A DNA stretch of 64,000 bases from assembly GCF_009914755.1 (NCBI RefSeq), contig NC_060926.1; one strand, written 5' to 3'. The notes below the pieces were generated by a model that was not told the origin of the DNA, did no database searches, and saw only the letters and a program-made list of their open reading frames with translations. The stretch comes from the human T2T-CHM13v2.0 reference genome, Homo sapiens. Positions 1-10,521 of this stretch are shown here, piece by piece. The position numbers and the translations under genes were made by a program. The first letter of the stretch is position 1, and every line of letters starts with the position of its first letter.

Positions 1-430
1 GAAAATGTAAGAAATAAAACATTTTAAGCTGTAAGATGCTTATAAATGAAAAATACTCAACAGATCTTCCTTTATACTGCTGATAGTAAAACATCACAAA
101 CATTTCTTAGTGCAATTATGATTTTAAAATATTATGGGTAATATAAATCATCTCTAGTGGCAGCTTAAGTGTGGTTCTATAAATACACAGCCAAGGGGAT
201 TTGATGATACCCAATCGAATCACAGATAATCAAGTGTGATTTCACCTAAGGAAAGTGAAATCTAACTATTCGCATTGACTCCTTCTGTATGGTCAGAACA
301 AGGAGTTCTCTCTCTGGAGGCTGGACTCAAAAAGAATCTACGAGCAAAATCAAGAAAGCATAACATGAAATATCTTCAGTTCAAGAGAAACTTAAGGAAC
401 TGACAAGACCATTCCTACCTCTTGAAGTTA

Positions 431-815
431 CCATACTCTATCAGGTCTATTATGCACATTTTTGTTTTAACATTTAACATCTCCTAAATTTAGATGCATC
501 CGAAGCGAGGGAGTTCTAACATTACTGTCAGCAAGATGGTAATCATGTTGTCATGGTCATGGTCACTGTGCACTCATGAGCTTGGCCATAGCTGTTCACG
601 TTGTTTTCACTGCTGTCTAAAACACTATAAAGGAGCTCTTTCAATAAGTTTAATACAAAAATGTGAAGTGATAAGGAAGCATTGTTTGATCGTGTAAAGA
701 GAGTATTTTCTCCCTCCTCCCTCTCTTCTTCCTCTTCTTCCTCCTGCTTCTCCATGGTGCATAAAATGATGGTGTTTTTTGCACTTTGTGGTACCCTAGG
801 TAAGATGAAATGCAG
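431..815. mobile_element. TcMar-Tigger DNA transposon relic (Tigger13a-like)
   Basis: TA dinucleotides at 429-430 and 816-817. The degenerate ends (ccatactctatc... / ...gatgaaatgcag) and 'tgcacatttttgttttaacatttaacatctc' resemble the Tigger13a consensus as recalled. Confidence 0.55.
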
Positions 816-2283
816 TAGACCTACCGAGGAAATGTAACTGAATTACTCTAAGTTTTAAGACTTTCACCCCTTCCTCAACCTCTTTCCAGATTCATGAAAC
901 ATATTCTAATTGTCATTTAGCTTCCCAAATACCTGTCACTAAAGAGAGACTAGAAAACATTAGTCATGAGTGTCCTCATATGGGTATTTCTCATGGTAAA
1001 CCAACGATATGGAATCTGGGTTTCTGCTTCCATTGCCTACAGGTTTGATTGATCAGCAGGGTTGAGAAGCTGAGTCTGATCACTAAAGGGCACTTTGGCA
1101 AAATACAATCTCTCAACTTGAGACTTTGTGGAGAAGATGCCAAACCACGGTGATCTCATCGCATTTCTGTCCATTTGTAAGGCTCTGTCTGGCAGCCAGC
1201 CTGGTTCCCATGGGGCATGGCTGTTCTTTCTCTCTTGTGGCCTTTACACCACTGTCTGAGTGCTCAGTGCCGCTCAGTGAATCTCCCACACCTGTCAATC
1301 CTGGGCTTCCCCAGGAGGTCTGACCCCACCAGGACTTCACTTCCCAGGTTCTCATTCAGCTGACTCAGTGTGGGTTGGGTCAACATGAGGCAATGGCAAG
1401 AGACACAGAAGGATGAGTAGTAGGATATGCTGGAACATTTGTCTCCTACTCTCTCTGCCTCAAAAGGTGTCAGGAAGCAGCTCACTCTCCAGCTTCACCC
1501 TCACATTGCCTGGCCTGGGAAGCTCAAGCTGATGGCAGTTGGTGCCAGGTGACCCTCAGCTCATGGGATCTGGTTACACCACCCTCCTCTTCATTCTCCC
1601 CGCCAAGGCATGGAAGCAGTTCCTTGAGCTTCCCAATTTCTATATTGCCTCTCTGTGCCTCTGGTCAGCCTCTCCACCTTCTATCCCTAAATAGTCAACT
1701 TCCTATAAGACTCCAAAGGATTTGTTACTCTAGGTGGACTGTGACTGCTGTATACAGGCCTATATCCCCATGTGATCCTGAGGGGCTGGAAGTCAAGGAC
1801 TTCACCTTAGCGTCTTTGTTCACATGCATTAGAGGGGGTACTTGGATAATCGTCAGACTGAGTTGAAAATACATTATGTGAGATCTAAACTGACAAAGCT
1901 GACAATCTATGTAGTGGTTGTTCATTTTAAACAGAGATCTTTGTGGTTGTAGTTAAACTAAGATTTGATTTTTTAAAAATCACATATTCAGGGCATTTCC
2001 AGGAGCACAGGAAACTGCGGCATCATTTCCTTTGAAATGATAACTGAACTTTAACTAGACACCTAGGAATCACCTTAGAGAGAGGACTTGTAGTCCTCAC
2101 CACTAAATTCTGTGGTTGGGTAGCGCTGGTTCCATTACACAGATGGGGAAATTGGGGTTCTGAGACATTCAGTAACTACTCCAAATTCACACTCTTAGCA
2201 TGTAACTAAGTCAATATGAAATTCAATAATTCAAAAACTTTAAGAAAAATAAGAATTAACTCTTCATTAAAAATGGGAAATCT

Positions 2284-2631
<348 letters not shown>

Positions 2632-3552
2632 TTAGCAGGTCAGATGGTTTGCTTCATTTATAATATTCATGATATAAACATTTATATATTACACTCCACT
2701 CACCCCATCTGCCTTGATTCTGATGCAACTGATTCCTCACTTACACTTTGAGAAATACTGCATTAGAATTTAAGGAAAATGTATCTGTGTCAAATTAGTT
2801 CAATGATACATCCCCAGATCCTAGCTAAGTCCCTGGTACTTAGCCAATGATCAATAAATAATTGTAAAATTAATAAATGAATGAGTGAATGACATTTCTG
2901 TTTGAATTCAAATCCTGAACATTTCTATTTCTAGCTCTTATTTTAAACATTGTGCCAAAGCTTATTCATTAACTCATTTAACAAACATTCGCTTAACTTT
3001 TACCATATGCCTGGTCAGTGCTAGATACTGGGAAATATCCAGATATTCATCTAATATTCAAGACACAGCCTCCATCCTTCAAAGAGTTCTAATTATTGTA
3101 ATACAAAAGAAACCAAGCAAGTAAGGACAATGGAGATCTATAATAAAAGTATGAAAGAGTTATTATTACAGATTACAATTCAGGTAAATTAGAGTTACAA
3201 AGAAGAGAACAACAAATTTTACCCTGAAGGAGGAAATTAGACAAGGATTCTGCAGAAGAGCTAATGCCTGAGATATATCTTGGAAGACAGACAGGTATTT
3301 GTCAGTCACCTGAGGGGCAGATGGGTGGGGGCAGCCTTGCCACATAAAAGTAGAGTTTAACAGGCTCTTGGAGGTGAAATTGTACTAGCAGGATGCTGGC
3401 TCCAGGTGTGAATCTTACATATGGAAATATACGACTCTAAAATAAAACTCTCCACATAGTACAAATAAGAAAAGGACTCCCACGTCACCAGTTTTGGGTG
3501 GGAAGGAGAAGAATTGCTCTGTTATAAACTATCATCTTTCTTCTTTCTGATG

Positions 3553-3689
3553 AAAAATTTATAAAATATATAAAATTTATATATATTTATATTATATATA
3601 ATATAAATATATATATTTATAAATATATATAATATATAAAAAATTTATAAAAATATTTTTTAAAATTATATTTTTTAAATATAAATATA
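3553..3689. repeat. AT-only low-complexity tract containing perfect palindromes
   Basis: About 135 bp of A/T only. Perfect palindromes at 3578-3615 (38 bp) and 3608-3631 (24 bp), checked base by base. Confidence 0.9.
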
Positions 3690-5039
3690 CACTTAAAGGA
3701 GAAAGAATGTGTGTCCTTTGTCTACTTTCAACCTTTAACAAGCAAGTGATTTAAGTTCAGTTTCTAAGGGGCATCTAGGCTCAAAGACAGGGCTCTTAAA
3801 AAACACAGTCACTTAGTTTTCCAAGGAACTGGGAAGCAAGGGTTGGAGGAGGAACAAGATTCTTGGTGCAACTTTCCAATATGTGGTTCTAGGACTCTGC
3901 TTTAATGCAAACCCAAATGCTTAACAAGTGAAGGTCATTTTGTCCTCAATTCATTTTTGAAATTATTTTATTTTATAGCTGAGGAAACCGAAGCTTAGAG
4001 AGGCAAAATGGCTTGTCCAGGACCACCCAGCTAATAAACAGCTTACTACCACCTGTGATGGGACTTGCACTATATGTAATTCTTTTATTTTCCTGCCAGT
4101 GCTCTTGATTGAGACTGGGGTATTCAAATAATAATGAAAATATTTACAATGGTAAACCATCTATCACTACAAAGCAATTTAGCACTGTCTCATTTCCCTC
4201 TGCAAACAACATGAGCTATCCCCAACTTACACCAAAGGTTATTGAAAATGAAATACGCCAGTGATTTGGCAAACCACACAGCTGTGAAAGAGTTGGCCCA
4301 TTTAACTTAACTCACCTCTTACTCTCTTACTTTAGCTTGAAATCTCCATATTTGGAAGGAATCCATTTGTTTCTGGATTGTTCTTGTTTCCCCAGACTCA
4401 TTTTTAAACTGTAACTATTTAATATGGAAAACCATTAATATTCACTCTCCAGTTAAGAAAAAAAGGAAGGAACTTTGGATGGATTAAATAGTAGTTCAAC
4501 TGTTATCCAAGACCCAATTTTCTTATCTTAATTAGTAAGCAAGCCACTAAACCACGCCAGATTTGACTTTGGTTGAGCAACAAGGATGTCTAAAATGGTC
4601 CCAACATTCAATGTTCAAAATATTTGCAGCAACATTTTTCTATAAGCATTGGTATTATTCTTTGGTTTTATCACATTTGACATAATTATACCTTGTAAAT
4701 ACCTCAAATTTGTAATGACATCCTTTCAAGAATTATTACTAATTATTATACTTGACATGACAAATTAAACATGTTGTTTGACGTAATTGCCCTAAATAAT
4801 TCAAAATGCTAAGTATGCTTAGAAATAGCAATTAGCATAATTAGGTGAAAAAACCAAACTACAGTCAATTTCAATACCAATTCACTATCACAAGTTAGAA
4901 TTTTCCAGAAGATTTTAATAATTATTGGGTGACGTGACTTAGAAAATCATTTTGTTAATTAAGAATGATGAAACATTATCAATGGTTTTATAAGTCCTGA
5001 AATAAAAGAGTGGAAAGAGCTTCAAGCATAAAGGGCAAA

Positions 5040-5250
5040 GTCTTTAGAGTTAACCAGATTTGAGTATGAATCCCACCCTAGCCATTACCAACTGGGTTGG
5101 TCTAAGCTTAGAGATGGCACCTTTCTGAGCCTTTTTCCTCTACGAATGGGATAAGAATGTTTGCCTCTAGGCCCGTTGTAAGAATGAACTGATGACATAA
5201 AGTGCCAAACAGTGTGTGACACCCTCGAAAGGCTCAATAAATTTAAGCTT
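5040..5250 (+). mobile_element. MIR SINE fragment
   Basis: MIR core-like text: 'agatttgagtatgaatcccaccctagccattacc', 'ctttctgagcc', 'gctcaataaat'. Boundaries approximate. Many similar MIRs occur throughout the window and are not all listed. Confidence 0.65.
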
Positions 5251-5513
5251 CTTGTACTCTTACTCATTAAAGATAAGAACATGTTGGATGTGGAGTTCTA
5301 AGCTAGTTGGAGGAAAAAGTTCCAAAGAGGAGCTTTTCAAATAGGGTGTTATAAAGAAAAAAATCAACAATATCTGAAAAGGAAGGGAAATGATCTTCAA
5401 TTTTTAGGTTTGTGAAGATATGGTGAGGTAATATCTATAAACATATAACCGCTAGAGTGCCTGGCGTGTCATTGACTCTTCATAAATGATAAAATGATTG
5501 TTTCTCTTCCCTT

Positions 5514-5979
5514 TGTCGATGAAAAAGTCAAACTCAAACTCTAGAAAACATTTGAAGAGATTTATTCTGAGCCAAATATGAGCGACCATGGCCTGTGACA
5601 CAGCCCTCAGGAGATCCTGAGGACATGTGCCCAGAGTGGGTAGGGTGTAGCTTGATTTTATACATTTTAGGGAGTGTCCAGAAGAAAAAAAAACCTAGCT
5701 ATGGTAATAGAGATTATTTACACATGCAAATTTTCCCCCACAGAGGACAGCTTTGCAAGGCCATTTCAAAATATAGCAAAGAAACATGTTTCGGGGTAAA
5801 ATATTTTGATTTTCTTCTTTGTCACGTAATGTTATACCAGAGTCGGACTGGAAAGTAAATCACGATATATGGGTTAAATAAAACCCATTTGATGAGAATT
5901 TATGATTTGTAGGGCATGATTCCCAGACCCCGTAGATAGGAATTTGGGCAAGATAAAAAAAATGAGGGCTTAGTCCTCG
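5514..5979 (-). mobile_element. MER4-family (MER4D/E-like) ERV1 solo LTR, internally deleted
   Basis: MER4-type text 'gaagagatttattctgagccaaatatgag..accatggcc.gtgacacagccctcaggag' and 'gataggaatttgggcaagataaaaaa...cttagtcctc'. 4-bp TSD CCTT at 5510-5513 and 5980-5983. Confidence 0.85.
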
Positions 5980-6617
5980 CCTTCTATGAGAATAGATATT
6001 TAAACTGAGGCTGAGAGATTTAGTGACTTGTCCCAGGTTCCTAAGTAAGTCGAAGCAGAGCTTGAACCCAAGTCTGAGACCAATGGGGAGCTCTTCCTTT
6101 GTATCATCCTGTCCTGTTTTGAAGAGGGTGGTAGGCAGCCCCACTGCCTTCAGTCAAGCTCTTCTTCCCTGTGCTGCTGTGGGCGTGTCCGCCCGCCTAG
6201 GTCTTTGGTTCAGCTCACTGTTGCTACTGCTGCTGCTGCTGCATTTCAGAGGTGCAGACATCCTTTCTCTCCCATGAAATGTCAGAGCTGGAGAAGTAGA
6301 CACCACTTTCATTGGGATCTTGACAACTCTTTCCCTGTTTGTAAAACACTGTGATAAAGTACCTTTTTGTCTACAAGAGACAGCTTAACAGACATCTCAT
6401 CAGGGAAGGATGACTGTCAAAAGCACTCATTTCTTTTTTAAGGTAAAAAGACACAGAAGACAGAATGTTATTATGATGTAAATGAGCTGACTGGCAGGAA
6501 CTCCTTCCCCAGGGAGTCTGGGGAAGGGCTTGACTACACAGTTTCCAGGTCTAGGCAGCAGGATTGGGTCTTAGATCTGCTCTCAGGAGATCAGTCAACC
6601 TAGTGATTATGGGCTGA

Positions 6618-6708
6618 ACCACTCAGCCTACCTGAGTTCAGGCACCAATGAGATTATGGACGGGACCATTCAGCCTACCTTGAACTCAGGCACCAGTGAG
6701 TTTCTGCA
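6618..6708. repeat. Two-copy tandem duplication, period 47 bp
   Basis: accactcagcctacc-tgagttcaggcaccaatgag (from 6618) vs accattcagcctaccttgaactcaggcaccagtgag (from 6665). Confidence 0.8.
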
Positions 6709-6998
6709 GCCAGGGTAAGAGAAGAGCGAACCAACATGAGTGCATATTTTTAGACCTATAACTGACTTGCAAGTAACTTTGCTAAACATAATGTCTGGGA
6801 CAGGGAGGAAGTAAGGTATATACTGTTGAAAAAGCACATTTCCTTACAGGTTTATCCTGAGGACATGGACATGTGGAACATGGTATAGAATAAGAAAAAG
6901 AAGAAATGACATAGAAGTTAAAGAAAATAGATGGTGATTTCACCCATCCTTGATTACATGAATCTACCATGTGTCTTTTACTCTCCACTGACAGAGAC

Positions 6999-7002
<4 letters not shown>

Positions 7003-7048
<46 letters not shown>
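7003..7048. repeat. (GT)n microsatellite, ~23 units
   Basis: Uninterrupted GT run. Confidence 0.98.
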
Positions 7049-7050
<2 letters not shown>

Positions 7051-7222
7051 ACCTGCATATGAGAATGTGGTTACTGTCCCAGGTTTTAAGGAACATGATG
7101 GACTAGGGAGAAACCAATTTTAGAGACACCTGCCTCTGCCCCAACTAGCTGAGTGACCTTGGGAAGATTTCTTAACTTCTCTGAGTCTGGAATTACTCAA
7201 ATATAAAATGGATGGGAGTATG

Positions 7223-7434
7223 TGAAACCACCTTTGCAAAAATCATAACTGAGAAAATTATGAAAGTGGAAGATAACAGACCTAACTGACCCCAGCTTAC
7301 TTCTAACCTCTAAACTGTCCTTGTTCCTTCCTGGGCATAGGCTGAACTAGCTTTTGGAAGGAATTTAGTGTATAGTTATATAACAGCCCTTTGCAAAAGC
7401 CTAAACTGCTCTTGTAAAACAAAAGAAAGGCTAC
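7223..7434 (+). mobile_element. LTR8-family solo LTR, 5' part (interrupted by HERV-H)
   Basis: Starts TGAAACCACCTTTGCAAAAATCATAACTGAGAAAATTATG, an LTR8-type 5' end. Preceded by TSD TATG (7219-7222). Confidence 0.85.
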
Positions 7435-7887
7435 TGTCAGGCCTCTGAGCCCAAGCCAAGCCATCACATCCCCTGTGACTTGCACCTATACGCCCAGATG
7501 GCCTGAAGTAACTGAAGAATCACAAAAGAAGTGAATATGCCCTGCCCCACCTTAACTGATGACATTCCACCACAAAAGAAGGGTAAATGGCCAGTCCTTG
7601 CCTTAAGTGATGACATTACCTTGTGAAAGTCCTTTTCCTAGCTCATCCTGGCTCAAAAAGCACCCCCACTGAGCACCTTGCCACCCCCACTCCTGCCCGC
7701 CAGAGAACAAACCTCCTTTGACTGTAATTTTCCTTTACCTCCCCAAATCCTATAAAACGGCCCCACCCTTATCTCCCTTCACTGACTCTCTTTTCGGACT
7801 CAGCCCACCTGCACTCAGGTGAAATAAACAGCCATGTTGCTCACACAAAGCCTGTTTGGTGGTCTCTTCACACGGATGCTCATGAAA
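7435..7887 (+). promoter_or_regulatory. 5' LTR7 (LTR7up-like) promoter
   Basis: ACAAAAGA at 7522-7529 and 7572-7579, KLF-type GCCCCACC at 7544-7551, TATAAAA at 7751-7757, AATAAA at 7823-7828. Confidence 0.92.
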
Positions 7888-7889
7888 TT

Positions 7890-7907
7890 TGGTGCTGTGA
7901 CTCAGAT
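7890..7907 (+). other. Primer binding site complementary to tRNA-His
   Basis: TGGTGCTGTGACTCAGAT matches the HERV-H PBS TGGTGCCGTGACTCGGAT at 16/18, with two CpG-type changes. It lies 2 nt after the LTR end. Confidence 0.95.
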
Positions 7908-8014
7908 CGGGGGACCTCCCCCGTACTCCTACTCTTTGCTCCGTGAGAAAGATCCACCTATGACCTCAGGTCCTCAAACCGACCAGCCCAAGAAACATCT
8001 CACCAATTTCAAAT

Positions 8015-8023
8015 CCAGTAAGC
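8015..8023 (+). other. HERV-H leader major splice donor
   Basis: aaatcca|GTAAGC with GT at 8018-8019, at the position of the usual HERV-H leader donor. Further strong donors gaag|GTAAGA (GT 8804) and gaag|GTAAGC (GT 10151). Confidence 0.7.
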
Positions 8024-8309
8024 GGCCTCTTTTTACTCTCTTCTCCAACCTCCCTCACTATCCCTCAACCTCTTTCTCCTTTCAATCTTGGCGCCACACT
8101 TCAATCTCTCCCTTCTCTTAATTTCAATTCCTTTCATTTTCTGGTAGAGAGAAAGGAGACACATTTTATCCGTGGACCCAAAACTCCGGCGCCGGTCACA
8201 GACTGGGAAGGCAGCCTTCCCTTGGTGTTTAATCATTGCAGGGATGCCTTTCTGATTATACACCCACATTTCAAGGGTGTCAGACCATGCAGGGACACCT
8301 GCCTTGGTC

Positions 8310-8800
8310 CTTCACCCTTAGCGGCAAGTCCTGCTTTTCTGGGGAAGGGGCAAGTACCCCAATGCCTTCTCTCCTTGTCTCTACCCCTTCTCTGCTTTTC
8401 CGGGGACAGGGCAAGTACCCCAAGCCCTTCTCTCCTTGTCTCTACCCCTTCTCTGCTTTTCTGGGGGAGGGGCAAGTACCCCTCAACCCCTTCTCCTTCA
8501 CCCTTAGCGGCAAGTCCCGCTTTTTTGGGAGAGGGGGCAAGTACCCCTCAACCCCTTCTCCTTCACTCTTAGTGGCAAGTTCCACTTTTCTAGAGGCGCA
8601 AGTACCCCAACCTCATATCTCTGTGCCCCAATCCCTTATTTCCACGCCCCAACCTCTTATATCTCTGCACCTCAATCCCTTATTTCCGTGCCCCAACCTC
8701 GTATCTCTGCACCCCAATCCCTTATTTCTGTGCCCCATCCCTTATTTCCATGCCCCAACCTCTTATCTCTGCACCCCAACCCCTTTTCCAACTTTTCTGG
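8310..8800 (+). repeat. HERV-H pre-gag tandem repeat arrays
   Basis: Five copies of GCAAGTACCCC units, then about four copies of a ~38-bp unit cccaacctc..tatctctg.accccaatcccttatttcc. Confidence 0.85.
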
Positions 8801-8872
8801 AAGGTAAGAACCCCTGAACCCCTTCCCTCCATTTCTCTACTCTCTCTTTTCTCTAGGCTTGCTTTCTTCACT

Positions 8873-10077
8873 ATGGGAACCTTCCACCCTCCATTCCTCC
8901 TTCTACTCCCTTGGCCTGTGTTCTCAAAAACTTAAAACCTCTTCAACTCACACCTGACCTAAAACCTAAATGCCTTATTTTCTTCTGCAATGCCGCTTGA
9001 CCCCAATACAAACTCAACAGTAGTTCCAAATAGCCAGAAAATGGCACTTTGAATTTTTCCATCCTGCAAGATCTAAATAATTCTTGTTGTAAAATAGGCA
9101 AACGGTCTGAGATGCCTGACGTCCAGGCATTCTTTTACACATCAGTCCCTTCCTAGTCTCTGTGCCCAGTGCAACCCGTCCCAAATCTTCCTTCTTTCCC
9201 TCCTTCCTGTCCCCTCAGTCACAACCCCAAGCATCGCTGAGTCTTTCTAATCTTCCTTTTCTACAGACCCATCTGACTTCTACCCTCCTTGCCAGGCCAA
9301 GCTAGGTCCCAATTCTTCCTCAGCCTCTGCTCCTCCACCCTATAATCTTTTTATCACCTCTCCTCCTCACACCTGGTCCAACTTACAGTTTCGTTCTGTG
9401 ACTAGCCCTCCCCCACCTGCCCAGCAATTTACTCTTAAAAAGGTGGCTGGAGCTAAAGGCATAGTCAAGGTTAATGCTCCTTTTTCTTTATCCCAAATCA
9501 GAAGCGTTTAGGCTCTTTTTCATCAAATATAAAAATCCAGCCCAGTTCATGACTTGTTTGGCAGCAACCCTGAGACACTTTACAGCCCTAGACCCTAAAA
9601 GGTGAAAAGGCCGTCTTATTCTCAAAATACATTTTATTACCCGATCTGCTCCCGACATTAAATAAAACTCCAAAAATTAAATTCTGGCCCCCAAACCCAA
9701 CAACAGGATTTAATTAACCTCGCCTTCAAGGTGTACAATAATAGAAAAAAGTTGCAACTCCTTGCCTTCACTGTGAGACAAACCCCAGCCACATTTCCAG
9801 CACACAAGAACTTCCAAATGCCTGAACCGCAGCGGCCAGGCATTCCTCCAGAACCTCCTCCCACAGGAGCTTGCTACACATGCCAGAAATCTGGCCACTG
9901 GGCCAAGGAATGCCCGCAGCCCGGGATTCCTCCTAAGCCGCGTCCCATCTGTGTGGGACCCCACTGAAAATTGGACTGTTCAACTCACCTGGCAGCCACT
10001 CCCAGAGCCCCTGGAACTCTGGCCCAAGGCTGTCTGACTCCTTCCCAGATCTTCTCAGCTTAGCGGCTGAAGACTGA
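8873..10077 (+). pseudogene. gag: HERV-H gag relic with nucleocapsid zinc knuckle
   Basis: ATGGGAACC start at 8873. ORF 9731-9967 encodes CYTCQKSGHWAKEC (CX2CX4HX4C, ~9872-9913). The second knuckle is broken (RPICVGPH*KLDC), and there are multiple stops. Confidence 0.9.
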
Positions 10078-10113
10078 CACTGCCCGATTGCCTTGGAAGC
10101 CCCCTAGACCATC

Positions 10114-10500
10114 ATGGACACCGAGCTTTGGGTAACTCTCACAGTGGAAGGTAAGCCCATCCCCTTCTTAATCAATACGGAGGCTACCCACTCCACATTA
10201 CCTTCTTTTCAAGGGCCTGTTTCCCTTGCCTCCATAACTGTTGTGGGTATTGACGGCCAGGCTTCTAAACCTCTTAAAACTCCCCAACTCTGGTGCCAAC
10301 TTAGACAATACTCTTTTAAGCACTCCTTTTTAGTTATCCCCACCTGCCCAGTTCCCTTATTAGGCTGAGACACTTTAACTAAATTATCTGCTTCCCGGAC
10401 TATTCCTGGACTACAGCTATATCTCATTGCCTCCCTTCTTCCCAATCCAAAGCCTCCTTTGCGTCCTCCTCTTGTATCTCTCCACCTTAACCCACAAGTA
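10114..10500 (+). pseudogene. pro: HERV-H protease relic (inactive)
   Basis: ORF 10114-10368 reads VTLTVEGKPIPFLINTEATHS...PTCPVPLLG*. The DTG active site reads NTE, and there is a stop at the LLGRD motif. Confidence 0.9.
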
Positions 10501-10521
10501 TAAGATACCTCTACTCCCTCC

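Noticed and set aside
7890-7907. tRNA-His gene
   Set aside because: Only an 18-nt complement of the tRNA 3' end, i.e. the retroviral PBS. There is no cloverleaf.
8310-8800. CRISPR-like repeat-spacer array
   Set aside because: The intervening sequences are themselves repeats, the context is a primate provirus, and there are no cas genes.
8236-8817. 193-aa ORF as a novel protein
   Set aside because: It arises from the C-rich, stop-poor pre-gag tandem repeats of HERV-H and has no recognisable domain.
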